Of a DNA stretch of 64,000 nucleotides, positions 13,401 to 28,400 are shown one piece after another. The notes under the pieces are model-generated. The model did not search any database and was not told the DNA's origin. It saw only the letters and a list, made by a program, of their open reading frames with translations. This DNA is from Leucoraja ocellata (Eukaryota): NCBI GenBank assembly GCA_036785375.1, contig JAWMAR010000033.1, positions 10,292,001 to 10,356,000 of the forward strand, written 5' to 3'. Made by a program: the position numbers and the translations under genes. Position 1 is the stretch's first letter. The number at the start of each line of letters is the position of its first letter.

Positions 13401-16400
13401 AGTCACAGGATTGTAATCATGAATAAATAATGTGGGCAACACAGATGTTGAAACAGAATACAGTAAGAAAATCTTTGGAGACACTCGGGTGGGGGAGGAA
13501 CTAGAAAGATCAGGAGGTAGGGAAACAAACAGGAACATATATATACCTGTTCCCATGCAACCGCATAGCTTTTTTTGGCAGTGGCTACCGATTAGTAACT
13601 TGTGTCCCACCATTTACTTGAGGTTATACTGTGCACATTCCTGCTTCACAACTCCCATGTGCATGAAATATTGCCCAAGGTGGAAATGCTGAACAAAACA
13701 TTTTTATTCCAGACTTTATACACCCTGTCCATTGAAACAAATTAATTCAAATATAAACATAGCTCTTTTCTTTTTTGTCTTTCTTATCCTGAAAGATAAT
13801 GTCTTGGTTCCTCTTGGTCATAACCGGCCAATTCACATTAGGTCTATCAGCACCTGAGTCGCACCAGACATGGTCTCAGTGTGATGATTCATTTCTGACC
13901 ATTACTTTAACACTATTACACTGTTTCCCACCAAAACAGTTTCACACTCTGAAGTACTTCTGGGGTGCAGTGACTTGTAACATAGACAACTGTTTCTAAC
14001 CCTCAACTGAAAATTAATTACAAAATTTAAAATGTTAAAAGTGATTACATTATAAAGTTCCTTGGGACTTCCAGAAGTGTATGAGATCCTACTCCAATCA
14101 ATGTGCAACTCCCAATACTTGTCCTCCTTGTTTTCTTCTTCAACTTCTACGTGCTGGCGTTTCTATCAGTCAACCTGTTTTGAACACTCTCCAAACATGT
14201 TATGGTACCTCCCAATCCTGTTACAATTCAACCAGTCCAGAACTTGTCCAAATTCAAGGAACATAACTGCTTCACACTGGAATATTCCCCCTTGTACACT
14301 TGTAGTAAGCACTAGAAAGCAAACCTCCTCTGCTACTGATGTGAGCTTCTCAATCCAGTCTTCGATTTCAGGCAGCTTGTCTTGGATTTTAATGTTTTTA
14401 TCCCTCAATTTCTCTGCAGATTTGCTAATTTTCTTCAGAATTAGAATTTGTTGACCGTACAGGAACTGATCGAGAACAGTCACATGGGGTAGCTTTTTCA
14501 CTGATGGGAGTGACCGACTGCAATGGGGAAGGAAAATAAATAAATTAGCTACAAGGTTTAAGCAATGGAGGTTGTCAGTGCCATGTACTGCCTGTGCAAG
14601 GTGCATTGCAATCATTCATGAAGTCAAACCATTGCTTAGACAGAATAATAATCAGAAAGTTATGATGTAGTGAGGTAGTGAACTATAATTCATTAACCAG
14701 CATGTCTTTGAGACTTGGGACAGCGTGGATAATTTAACAAAACCCATGTAGTCACAGGGAGAACATGCAAACTCTACACGACAATACTCAAGATCAAAAT
14801 CCCTGGTGCCCTAAGGCAACTTTGCTAAAAGCAGCAGCACTGCCCATCCCTGGGGTCAGATTATTCTCAGTTGAATTACCAAGCAGTTTACTCTGAGGGA
14901 GAGATACTATTCATGTTATGTTACAATTCCATCCATTTTCACAGTCAATATAACATTGCTGTTGTTTCTGTAAGGGTGAAGATTATATTCACCAAGGTGA
15001 ATAACGTCAAGTTACGAGTGGAAGAGTTTCCATTTTAGAGGCTTCTGGTTATATCCAAATGCAGACGTATTAATCAATACCTTGCAAACAAGTTCTCACT
15101 CACATACACAATAGAAGCAGTAGACCCTTGGTCCCTTGCACCTGCTCCACTATTTAATATAATGGCTCATCTTTTACCTCAGCACCAATTTTCTGCACAA
15201 ACCCATATTCCTTAATTTCCTAAACATAGGAAAATCTATGTCTTGAGTGTTGAGTTCATTAAACGACTGGGCCTCCATTATCCTCTTGGGTGGAAAATCT
15301 CAAAGATTCAGTCCCTCTGAATTTTATTCCTTGGAGTGCAGGAGGTTGTGGGGTAATCTTACTTCTATGTTATCCCACTTTCACATCAACTCCCTACACA
15401 CAAGGGGCAATTTTACAGAGGCCAATTAACCTACAAACCTGCACATCTTTGGGATGTGGATGGAAACCGGAGCACCCAGAGGAAACCCATGCAGTCACAG
15501 GGATAACGTATAAACTGTACACAGACAGCAGCCAAGCTCAGGATTAAACTCAAGGACAGGGACGAGCCAGAGGCTCTGTTGCTGTGAGACAGCAGCTCTA
15601 CCAGCTGCCAAAATAGGTCCAATGAAAATTGTAAAAGCGCCAATGAACAAGACAAACCCACCAAGACATACTGAGACAGAGGAAACATCACATTTGTCCT
15701 TTAAAGTGCATCTGGTCCCAGGAGATGAATTTAAATATTTAATCTACATCCTTTAGTGGATTGACAATGCTACCTACTTGCAATCTTTCACCACACGGTC
15801 AAGCATCTTTATCCATGCCCCTGTGAGTTGGGTTCCTGCAGTTGGCAATGCTTGCTTGACGTCTTCCAAATTAATTTTCTAAAGAACGTGAAATAATAAT
15901 GTAGCATTATCAGAAACTTCACCTAATATTTCAAGATTTACCACCTGAAATTGGGAGGGGATATGTGTGAATATATATTACATACAGTCACACACACATT
16001 ATTAATGATTTTGATATGAATGTAGGAAATAATGTTTAGTAATTTGTAGATAGGTAGTGTGCTTAATGATGAAAGGACAGATGCACAGGCCAATGGCAGA
16101 TGGAATTTAATCCTGATTAGTGTGAACAAAAGTAGAAATGGGTCATTTCCAAAATTACATGAAAATGACTGCATAAAATATTAAATAAAAGTTATTTACC
16201 AATCGTGTATTTAATGCCAATTTCACTGCAACACTATATTGAAGGGGTTAGAAGGCAATGGGCCAAAGGGGATTAGCCCAATATGCCAAATTGGTCGGCA
16301 TGGACAAGGTGGGATGAAGGGCCAGTTTCTGGTCTGTCCAGTTCTACGACTCTCTGACAGCCCACTATTTTTTTGTTTCTACATATTTCATTCGGTCATG

Positions 16401-19400
16401 CACTAATATCTTACTGTCCAAACCTCTCCCAATCACAGGCTTTTCCCATTTATTCTCTCGCACGGCCCTACACTTGCAGATATTTAACATTTTCCAATTC
16501 TGACAAAGTTTTATTGATCTGCAACTTTAATTCTATTTCACTATTCACAGAGGCTGCTGACAGGTGTAGCGTTTACAAATTATTGCACAAAATACTCACC
16601 AGTCTATCTATGATTTTAAGCAATATATTTAATCTGTCGAGTCTGTGGTCAATATTTTCCCAGAACGATGGCAGAGCAGCCACAGGTTTTGTGTCACACC
16701 AGAGGAGGTAATAATAGTAGTTTCCTGCAAGCATAGGGTGACACAGGGTTAGTGACCCTGAAACTAACTGACATAATCAGACTTTTATTTGTACAAATTC
16801 AAACTTTAGCTCTTAAAACCACACTAAACTTTGGTTAAGTCAAATTATTTCACAGAAAATAAGTTTTAATTCTCATCAGTAAGAGCTTATACTTTTTCAC
16901 TCTAGCTTCACCCTCCAGTTGGATGGGAAGATGGAACCTGAGCATTCATTTTGTTTATTAATCTCTGCTGCCTGACTTGCTAAGTATTTCCAGCATTACC
17001 TGGAATTTCAACATGGGTTTTCTGCAGTATTTTCCCTTAGATTTGATGATCAAATCAAATCTAACGTAGGTGCAGAGTTCTCCCAGGACCCTGCTGCATT
17101 TAAAAAATGACCAAACGTGTATTCACCTCGTTGTTGATTGTAGGAGCTTGCTGTGTACAAATTAGTTGGCAGTACGTCTAATAGTTTATGATTTATCCTC
17201 ACCGGGACATAAAGCTTCAAAATAATTCATTGCTACAACCTCCCATCAGAACCCATGATGTTTTACAGTTCCAGTGCCTTCTTCAGTGTGCACATTGTGT
17301 TTTTGATTTTTTGTCTTTGGAGCGAATTCTGTCTTTAATTTGTGTACTGGTGATGTCCTTATTATTTACTTTACTCCGACTATATGTTTTTTCTCTCTTG
17401 TTAATTTTCTGTAAGGTGTCCTTGAGACTTTGGAAGGCGCCCGCAAATAAAATTTATTATTATTATTATTATTATTATTCAGTACCATCCAATATAGCTA
17501 CTTACCATCAAATACAGGTTGGCTGTACTGGGTGGCGGACGCATGAAGTTTACAAGACTTGTCAAATCTATTCCCGTAATTCCCCATGCTGACCTCAAAG
17601 TGGATAGGCTCCTTAGATTCTTGCAGCTGTGTGGCCGAGTAGAAAACAACGCAGAGACTGTACCTCCGCCTGTGTAGGTACTTCTGCAGCCATACAATGG
17701 AAACATAGACATTTCAGAATACAAAATAACATTTCAATATTGAAACATGGAAAGATAGGTGCAGGAGTCAGCCATTCAGCCCCTAGAGCCAGATTTGCCA
17801 TTCAATATGATCATGGCTGATCATCCACAATCAGTACCCCATTCCTGCTTTTCCCCCATATCCCTTGATTCCTTTAGCTCTAAGAGATAAATCTAACTCT
17901 CTCTGTGGCAGAGAATTCTACAGATTCACAACTCTCTGCGTGAAGAAATATTTCCCTCATCTCGGTCCTAAATGGCTCTTATTCTTAAACTGTGACCCCT
18001 GGTTCTGGACTCCCCCAACATCGGAAACATTTTTCCTGCACCTAGCCTGTCCAATCCTTTAACAATTTTATATTAAGAATTCTATACTTTTCAGAAGAGA
18101 TTGACAAAACCGAAATCTGACCCCACATCAGGAGAAGGCTTGGTGAAAGGATGACAGGAAGGATGTCAGAAAGATTTAACGATAGAACTGACGAAGGAAC
18201 TTCAACCTGGAATATTAACTATAATTTTATTTCTGCCTGACTTGCTGAGTGTGTGTGGCCTTTTCTGTTTTTGAGGTTGGAATCTCAGGCAACCATGGTC
18301 GAGCAATGCAACAAAAACCCACATCAGGCCAGAACAGGAGCAGTGCAAAGTCAGGAGGTGGCTACAGAAGTAGGATAGGGCAAGGGTACAAAGAAGCTCA
18401 AAGGCAGAGGTGAGAATTTTAAGCTCAACGTTATGGCTCGATTCATAAGCAATGCAAGTCAGTGACCACAAGGGAATGAGACTTCATGCGACCTGAACAA
18501 CAAATAGTTATTCTTGCTTCGGTTGATGAAGGCTGGAAGAGGACAGTTGGTTGGAAGATCATTGGAAATTAGTCCAGTTATCAGATCAGGGATTGATCAG
18601 CAGATGGGTTGAGATGACTTGCATTGCTTCATCAATGAGATCCACTGTTTAGCACACCTCTCTCTAAACAATATGATTATAATTTTTTTTTTTTTTTCTT
18701 TTCACACAGAGAGTGGTGAATCTCTGGAACTCTCTGCCACAGAGGGTAGTTGAGGCCAGTTCATTGGCTATATTTAAGAGGGAGTTAGATGTGGCCCTTG
18801 TGGCCAAGGGGATCAGAGGGTATGGAGAAAAGGCAGGTACGGGATACTGAGTTGGATGATCAGCCATGATCATATTAAATGGCGGTGCAGGCTCGAAGGG
18901 CCGAATGGCCTACTCCTGCACCTAATTTCTATGTTTCTATGTTTCTATATTAAAAATATAATCTTAACTTTAAGTCATAAAACATTAAAGTTAGATATTG
19001 CCCTTATTCTACATTCCTCCAATGGAGCCACTAGCAAAGTAGGTGGTTCAATTTAATCTAGTATCAATTTGCATTTAAATCACAGAAGTACAAGAAAGGT
19101 TCACTCATTCTAGTAAACCACAAGTCCAGATACAGGGAATCAAGGTATTGAGCAAGAAGAGCCTACTGTGTTAATACCTGTACTATCAAGGAATCCTCAC
19201 TAGGCAGATCAGTAATGTTATTTCCTGAAAGTTCCCCCATTTTGGTTATTAATTCTATCAAGATTCGACCACGGTAATAGACTCCTTCCATCTGAAAGAG
19301 AAAGCGAGCATTTTAACTGGAGCATCCAGACTTATTTTCATTCGATGGGTTTCGATTTGTTATTGTCAGTACCAAGCTATGGTGAAAAGCTTTGTTTTTC

Positions 19401-22400
19401 ATGTTATCTAACAAAGTCAGATAATGCTATACACAAATACAAACTAGCCAAACTCAAATACAATACGTAGATCAAAGGGAAAGGTATGGAGTGCAGAATA
19501 TAGTTTTCAGCATTGTAGCGCATCAGTTCCAGTTTTAATGTTCACAGATCACATCTGGAGCATGGACCGGACTGGACTAAGTAGATTTTAAAAAGGAATC
19601 CAATAAGCACATCTTTTCAACTCTTTTTGGACATTAGCAGCTCCCTCTGCAGTGAGTCTTGAAACATTGCTCAATAATTAGTCAGGTACCTTTCCAAGAT
19701 TTAACTCATCATCCTTATCCGCACCATCAAGACCTTCCCTGGGACTGCCATAAATATTCAAAAAGCATGGTCCAAAATGTGGAAGGAATCCTCCTGCGTC
19801 ATCATCTGTTGGAATGAAAACCATTATGCATCATGGCCAAGTAATCAATAGTCAGACTTAAATTGGTTCAGGATCGAGACCCGGCTTAAACAATGAGTAG
19901 GGATGCAAACTGAAGCTGAAATGTGGATAAAAGGCTGCTACCGTAACATTCATAGTAGAGTTCAGAAGATTTATCTTTTATGACAATATGGCATCATGTT
20001 CGGCACAGACATTGTGGGAATGGTTCATATCTGTGCTGTATCCTATTTGTCTGCAAATTAGTTGCCGCACATCCCACGGAGATCGCATTTTAAAAGTACT
20101 TCGCTGAGTAGCAAATGACAGGACAAGTGATAAAAGACATCCTGAGGTGGTGAATGGTCCTTATACAAGTACATGCTTTCTAAATCTTGTACAAGATTCC
20201 TTCTGGAACTGTGGTACATTTTTATAGTCAGAGAAACAGAGGATGAGGACTGTGCAAACTGTTGCCCTGAGAGTCAATTGGAGCTTCTGGACCACTAGAT
20301 CCTTGTTTGGGAATGTGGGCATAATCAGAGACAAAGGAAAAAGCAGATTCAAGATGCCTCCCCCTAAAATAATATTCAGGACTATAGTTTTACCTTCTTG
20401 TCCCATTGATGAAATCTTTGAGATATTCAAGTGTGTTGTTCCTAAAGGTTTATTTTTGATTGCACTCTTCCTAAAAAGAAACATTTAAATTGTAACAATA
20501 TGCAGTCGAAAGCCCAGAATAAATCCTTCCATCGTATATTTATTAAAAAAATGTCTGCAGTCCATCCCTACAACTGACCGTCCAAACTCCCCTAATCAGG
20601 AAGCATTGCCTTTTATTAATCTATTTATTATTTATTAATCTATAGATGTATTAATCTATTTAAGGATGGGCTTCAGTCCCAACAGTGTAAATAAAATAGA
20701 GTGACATTCACCTACCGATCATAAACCGTGAACCAGATATTGTCACTCAATGATGGAAACTATATTGGGGGAAAATGTGGAAAAGTTATCATCATTATGC
20801 ATATTTTACCCCAGCATTGTCTGCGGCCCCCAAGCTCATGGAAACTGAATGCAACACCATACCCATTGCCTGTAGAGCCAATCAGCCAACACTCCCCACC
20901 CACTGACTTGACCCGCTGAGTCTGGCCGCCTGTTGAGGAGGCTTTTGTGCCATTCCACACCACACCATCCGGAGGAAGCTTAAAGCTCTTTACCTTAAAC
21001 CTGTATCAACCCTATACACACTGGAAGAACTCAAGCAGTGACTCACTGGACTGTATCAAACATGCTCTCTTCCTTGGCCCCTGCACCCAGCGACATTAGT
21101 TTATATTAAAAGTTGTATGTTCCAACCTTACCCTGCTCCTCAGGTAAATCACCTGGTTCCATTCAGGATTTATCTGGTTCTCTACCACTTTTGTTGCCAC
21201 CTGTGAAGAGGATAACAGGTTAAATATCTTGAGCAGGTTCTTGATTAGGAAGGTTACAGGGAAAAGGCAGGAGAATGGGGTTGAGAGGAAAAAATAGATC
21301 AGCCATGACTCCTTTAATTGCTGCACCCCCAGTGGTTAAGTCTTTACGTGCTAATAAGAGGGGCGAACATACATTTATTTTACATAGACCATTATTCTTA
21401 ACCATGTTTCTCTGGAATAAATTTCCTTCTCAAGGGAATGGATTCCTCTGTCCTCATCTACAATATGTTAAAGATAACCAGAGCGTATCAGATAGGGGTA
21501 CAGCAAACAAGCAAAATAATACCCCAGCAGTGTCAGAGTAAGAGAAAATCTATATAATTAAAAGTCTAAACTTGACCATTTCCTGTTTGCACAGTATATT
21601 GATTTTAGAAAAAACGCGACCACTTACGGCTGTGATATTTGGCCACCTTACTCAGAGTTCCCCTCCAGCTGTCAGGGCCAGAGGATTTTTCCCATCGATG
21701 AAAAATAAAACTTATTAATGTTTTAAAAATGTTGAGATTCTCACTCCTGTCAATCACGCCATGAAGGCCACGCCCCTTCCAGTGGGAGGGAGGAAGGGCT
21801 ATAAAACCCAGAAGTGCGGGCATGGCTCAGTCTCTGCAAGATGGGGGAGGGAAAGGGCCACGACTCTCAGCCTGAGCTGGAAATCTACAGAACACTGGAA
21901 ATACTGACCTGTGAATGCTCTTTATGTGTTTTTAAACTGCCTTTTGCAACTGTGTGGCTATTGAAATGTGTGCCTTTTGCAACTGTAAAAAAAGATGAAA
22001 ATGTCCAAAATTGATTTGTCCACCCTCCCCCTTCTCTCAGTCTTTCACCTGTTTTCGGCAGAATTTCTGGCTGTTTCTGAGCTGCCTGCCAGGTTTGACT
22101 TACTGAGCTGCCAGGCCTGAGTGAGTGAGCTTCCAGTCCAAGAATCCATTCGGCCCACAATGTCCAGACTAGCTCTCTGGAAACCAGTCCCTTCGGCCCA
22201 CAACACCCATGCTAGCACTCCAGAAAGCCCCCCCCCCCCCCCAGCACTGGCCAGCAATCTTAGAATTGGTGGAGAGGTGGAATATTGTGTTGGGGGACAA
22301 GCCCTCCCGTGTGACGCTGGGACCCAACGGGTCCCACTTAGTCTAGTGATGAGATAAAATTAAAGGCTCCTCATGCAAATACCTCATGCAGAGGTTTTTG

Positions 22401-25400
22401 ACATTTAGGTAAAACAAGTTTTAAGGCAAATGAGGCATGGTGGCTCTATTAATAAAGAATGAGATAATCACAGTGGTGAGATTAATATTAGCGCAAGTTG
22501 CAAAAACAGCTTGGGTGGATATAGGAAATAGCAAAAGATAAGAAGTCACTGGTGGGGTATAGAGTCAGAGTCATACTATACCACATGACAATAAACTAAA
22601 CTACAACACAAAAACAAGCCTTTCGGCCCACTGGAGCCATGCCAATCTTTGTGCCATCTACATCAACTTTCCAACTGCAGGACTCTGACAGAAATATCAA
22701 TGCAACCAGCTGTAGGGTCAAAACACAAGTCTGAGCTGTCTTATGATTCAAATAACAATACATAAACTTGCTGTAGTATTGGATGCCAACAAGAAAAGGT
22801 TATCGGTTGCTTACCTTATTTCCAGCAAAGTTGACTTCAAGAAAGGAGTCAACACCACCTTTCCTGTAAGTATCCACTCCAAACATGTGCTTCACGTTTG
22901 TCTTAAGCCCTTTTGTCACTGAAAATAGAAATGTGTTTGTAGGGAAATAAAGCACTGAAATGGGCCCTTTGGCCCTTCGAGGCCACACTGAGACTCAGTC
23001 ACCCATTTACACCGATCCGATTTTAGCTGCATTTTTGAGATGTGGGAGGACACCAGAGGAAATCCAAGCAAACACAAGTAGAATATATAAACTCCAGCCG
23101 AGGTCAGAATCAAACCCAGGTCTCAGGTGCTTTGAGGCAGCAGCTTATACTGGCTGTACTGCTTAGAGTAATAGAGTGGTACAGCGTGGAAAAAGGCCTT
23201 TCTCCCAACATGCCCACAACGGCCAATATGTCTCAGGTACACTAGTCCCACCTATCAGCGCTTGGTCCATTACCCTCTAAACCAATCCTATCCATGTACT
23301 GGTCTAAATGTTTCTTAAATGTTGAGATAGTCCCAGCCTCAACTACTTCCACTGGCAGCTTATTCCATACACCCACCTCCCTTTGTGTGAAAAAGTTACC
23401 CCTCAGATTCCAATTAAATCTTTTCCCTATTCCTATTAAACCTATGTACTCTGGTCCTCGATTCACCTACTCTGGGCAAGAGACTCTGTGCATCTACCCG
23501 ATCTATTTCTCTTGATTTTATACACCTCTAAAAGATCACCCCTCATCCTCCTGTGCTCCAAGGAGTAGAGTCCCAACCTCTCCCTATAACGTGCATGCTT
23601 TCTCTCTCTACCTTCCCTCACTAACATATCAACCAGACAAGTTCATTAACGTTATGCTCATGGCATCAACCTATCAGAAATATTATCCTTGTCCCTCTCC
23701 ATCACCCCCACCCTTTCTACAAATTGTTTGCTCTCTTTACCAGCCTCTGTGGAAGTAACTTTAACCTGAATAGTTAACTGTTTCTCTTTCCACAGATACT
23801 ACTTTTATTTTTAATTTCCAGTATCTGCAACGTTTGTTTTAAATTTTCATCCCAAACCTCCTCTGATCGCAATATTTACAGAATTTAAATGCAAAAGAAG
23901 TTTGACTGACTCATGAGATGGACTAGTGGGTGGGAGATTGCAGCCTTCATGTGGTCCGCCCTGTTTTAGACGAATGCAATCAACGTAGCATGCACAATCA
24001 AATAAGATCAAATAGAACAAGTTGTCCTACAACTTTAGGCTGTGCACCCCATAAGCAAGGAGAAGAAGAAGATGGACTAGTAGCAAGCATGGACAACTAG
24101 CAGTCTCCTTCATACCTCTCGCCATTTACTTACCTTAATTTACATTGTAAATGGCATTTCCTTTGGCAGTCAGCACCAATTCTTTATCCCTACCTTTCCA
24201 ATTTTTTAAAACTTTAATGGTATTTAAACTTTTTCCAATGGTTTCTTCAAGCAAGGGCAACACAGTCAATGCTAGGATTGCACACACCCGCCCGATTTCT
24301 ATGGGTGTTGGTTACTTCTGTGGTTTATGGTGCCACGCAATGGGATAGCTCATCAGCTGGCTCACTCTCCCTGCCCGAGGAAGTAAAGAAACTGGCTCAT
24401 TCCTGCTCATGGCTGTTCTGCAGGGAATCTTACTGGAAGGTACAATGTGCCTGGTGAGGGCAGATCTAATCGACCCATTGTACCCAAACTCACCGGCATA
24501 AAACCTGCACCACTCAAGTGCAGGGGGGCTGCCAGTAGAGGTGACCCCCTCTCTACACCTGGCCTGGCTACCAATCCCACCAAATGTTAATGCCAATAGA
24601 ATGAACTATGTACGAAAGCATTGAGTTAAGTCTGGGGAAAGAGGATTTCCAATGGGTGATATTGAATGGTGGAAGCACATGAAGGAAAATGGACCCTAGT
24701 CAATCTGGGTGTAGCTGTGGACACCAAATCAGTACTTTTGCACAAAATTAACTCCAATATGTGACATACTTTGTGAAATGTCTTCAGCTTTGTAGATCTT
24801 AAGAATGAATGTGACCCATCGAGATAGAACACCAGTTGGCTGGAGCAGATTACTCTCCACATCATCCTCTTCATTTGTCCCTTTCTTGTCTATCTGGTGC
24901 AACAAACAGATTTCAATTAGAAAACAAAATACATTTATGCTTCTTTTAAATTCAGCAAAGGCAACGGGATGCCCATCATCGGCTCTGACCTCCCCATCAT
25001 CGAGGGGATCTATCGCAGTCGCTGCCTCAAAAGGGCTGCCAGCATCATCAAGGATCCACACCATCCTGGCCACTCACTCATCTCCCCGCTGCCTTCAGGT
25101 ATAAGGTACAGGAGCCTAAAATCTGCAACATCCAGGTTCAGGAATACCTACTTCCCCACAGCCATCAGACTATTATTAAACTCAACTCAAACAAAACTCT
25201 GATCATTAACAGCCCATTGCACTTTATCTGGTCCCGTCAGTGTGTCAGGAACAGGTATGAACAAATTGCACTTTGGTAATAAAATGTGGTTGTGCTCACC
25301 GGTGCTTCATCACCTGCTCCCAGGATAATGATGCTGACTTTCAGGTAACCCTTGGCCATGGAGTGTGCATCATCAACTTCGTAGAGCAGAAGCCATTTCC

Positions 25401-28400
25401 GCAACACCGCATGATCTGTCACAGAAACGTCACACAATTACATAGAACATACTAGAGAAATGAGATGGTCAGTTTATCTGGCTTGCGAACCATTTATGCT
25501 GCCTCCAATCTAGTGACCGGGGCGAGACTCGTCCTTGATTATGCTGGTGACCCTACCAACACAACATGAATTGTGGATAGATCAGTGGAAGGGAGGTTGG
25601 GTTGCACGATGGTCTGGGCTACGTCCATAACTCTCTGCAATTTATTGCGGTCTTGGATGGAGCTGTTCCCAAACCATGCTCAAAAAGTACCTAAACATAT
25701 GTAAGCTACAAAGCCATGGACCAAGCAACAGTAAAGATAGCTAGAGGTGTGTTTGTATATAAAATTAAAATCCAACCCCAACTGCAGCCGTCCTGATCCA
25801 TCACAATTCTAAGGGCTTATAAACCTCTTGCTATCAGATACACGTTGATGGGAGATATGGAGCTTAGGTCAGGTAGCCTGGCTCTATTTAGAGTCATGAT
25901 CCTTAATGCAGGGCTGAGAACTTGTTTTTGTTGTTGGTAGCTACCCTGACATGTTGTCAGGCTCCTCTGGGAGTCACCTAAATACCTCTCTTTTTGGACA
26001 ACATAATACGATGAACTGCATGGTCTCCCCCATGAAACAAATTCCTGCAGTGTCTGACTTATGATGACATTTCATGCGATTCATAGTTTTAAGGATCTTT
26101 ACTAGATCCTGCAGAAAGTCTGTTCCTAACATCTGCCCGCCCTGGTTCCAAATCCCATATTTCTGCATTTAAAAACTCATCAATATTAATTCTGAAATTT
26201 TCTATTAACCCATTTACAGATTGTGAGAAAAATTCCAGCTTTCCACTCCCTTTTGCATGAAGAATTGCTTCCTGACACCTCCCATCAAGATGGTAGTTTT
26301 ATTTTTGTTACGGCTCCTTGTTCAGAACCCAAACTCAAATGTAACAATTTTAGCTCCCAAGTAGGTTCTTTCTGACACTTTTCAAAACTGCTGGTACAGA
26401 ATGACATTTAATTCCCTACCTGGAAATTCATAAACAGCGCCAATATCCAGCTGTAAAAGAAGGGATTAAAAAGACAATAAAAAGTTTCAGATCATCAATT
26501 GCTGCGCTAGCTGTGACATACTTTAATACCTTCGGATTAATAAAAATCTATCAACTGAGACTAGCAACCAACATCATTACATGGTATTTATACATTAGAT
26601 TTCAAATCCACAAACACACTTGGATTGAATGTTTAATTTGACTAGATTTTAAATTGTTTCCAAAATGCAAGACAACAATCGATGTGTAAACTCACTTTGA
26701 AAATACCAATCATGGAATCAGATCGAAGAGAATGTGAATTTAACACCTTTAAAAAATAAGGAAGGGTTCATGAATTTAAATAATAACCATTCTCTACAAT
26801 AGTTCCTAATATTTAACACTGCATCTGATATGCAAAATAAGTTACAAAACATCACACACAGAGACGGTTACATGTTAAAAAAATGTTAGGGTACACTTCT
26901 TGTTCTCCCTTTTGGAATGAATACCAAATATGCTGGAGGGTGGTCATAATTAAAGTTCTACCTCTTTTTCCTATACTTCTAAAGTGAAATGAATAATTTA
27001 TCTCCATCTGCCTTTTTAGATTTAATATCCTGGATTAAACCGCTGGAGGTAATGACTCATCTCTATATTCTTTGTTGACATGCCAATCCAAACAGCAAGA
27101 TCACTGGCTATGTGACCTTGGATTTAATCAAAGCTGAGCAATATTCACATGCAACAGGATAGATCGCTGTGTGCTTGCTTTACGTAGCTAAATAAAAAAC
27201 AGGGAGAAATGTTAAAAAGACTCAATATCAACCATTTATCATAATAGAATAGAGTAGGGGAGTCCAAGACCAGAGGAGGTAGGTTTAAGGTGAGAGGGAA
27301 AAGATTTAAAAGGGACATACGGGGCAAGTTTTACAGACTAAGAGTTGAGGGTATATGGAAAGAGCTGCCAAAAGCACGTACAATTACAAATTTTAGAAAA
27401 CATTTGGACAGTACATGGATAGGAAAGGTTAGATCTCGGAAATAGCCATTTTTGTCAACATCAGCCACAGGAGTAAATGTCACATGAATATTATCAGCTG
27501 TGATTTGGGAACAGTTTATATCTGTTGTTAGTTTTGGATCAACCTACCTGAATGTGTATCGAAGTATTGAAGACCTCTAATGGTGTTTTATGAAAATTCT
27601 GAAAGAAAATCTGTAAAACAAAACTGTAGTATTGACTAGGTACTGTTCTGATGATAAAGAAACCAAAATGTTGTACTTTACACAAGGTTAATTTGAAAAG
27701 GCCCAGAAGAATGAATATCTATGGTTTGATGTTTTTTCCAAGATCTCTCCACCCTTGCCCCCTCCTGAAATCCACAGCCATGTTCTCTCACACATCTCAA
27801 ACACTTACTGTTCTGATGCAAACTCACACATAACTCCAACTACATGTACTTACCTACCTGTATTCACCTCATTCAATACCAAAATCAATAGCATGTTTAC
27901 TTATTTTACAGTTTAAAGCCATTGATCCCTACAAATGGTTCCAGTTATTTGACCTGCAGATGACAACCAACTGAGAGGTGATAATCTTATAATTCTTTCT
28001 TTGCACCATGATGTTATTTTCTTTACCTCATCAAAGACTGGATTGTTCCCACGTTTGATCCTTGTTCGGAAAGACGAGTCTCCTACATACACCTTCACAA
28101 CAGGTCTGATATTGACACCTTGGAGATGACGGCCTTCAATAATCCGGATTCGAACCTATTCATGAAGATTTCATATTATAGAAGAATATAATACTGAAGA
28201 TGGAAATTTCACCCATCATGCTTATGCCGACTCTGTGAAAGCAATTCTAACCTTGCCATAGATCACAGCTTCTAATGTAACCCTCATCCACAAGTACCTG
28301 CCAAATACCTTCTGCTATTATTTAAGAATCATCAGACTGATCAGTTTGAATAAGGGTTTCGACCCGAAACGTCACCCATTCCTTCCCGCCAGAGATACTG

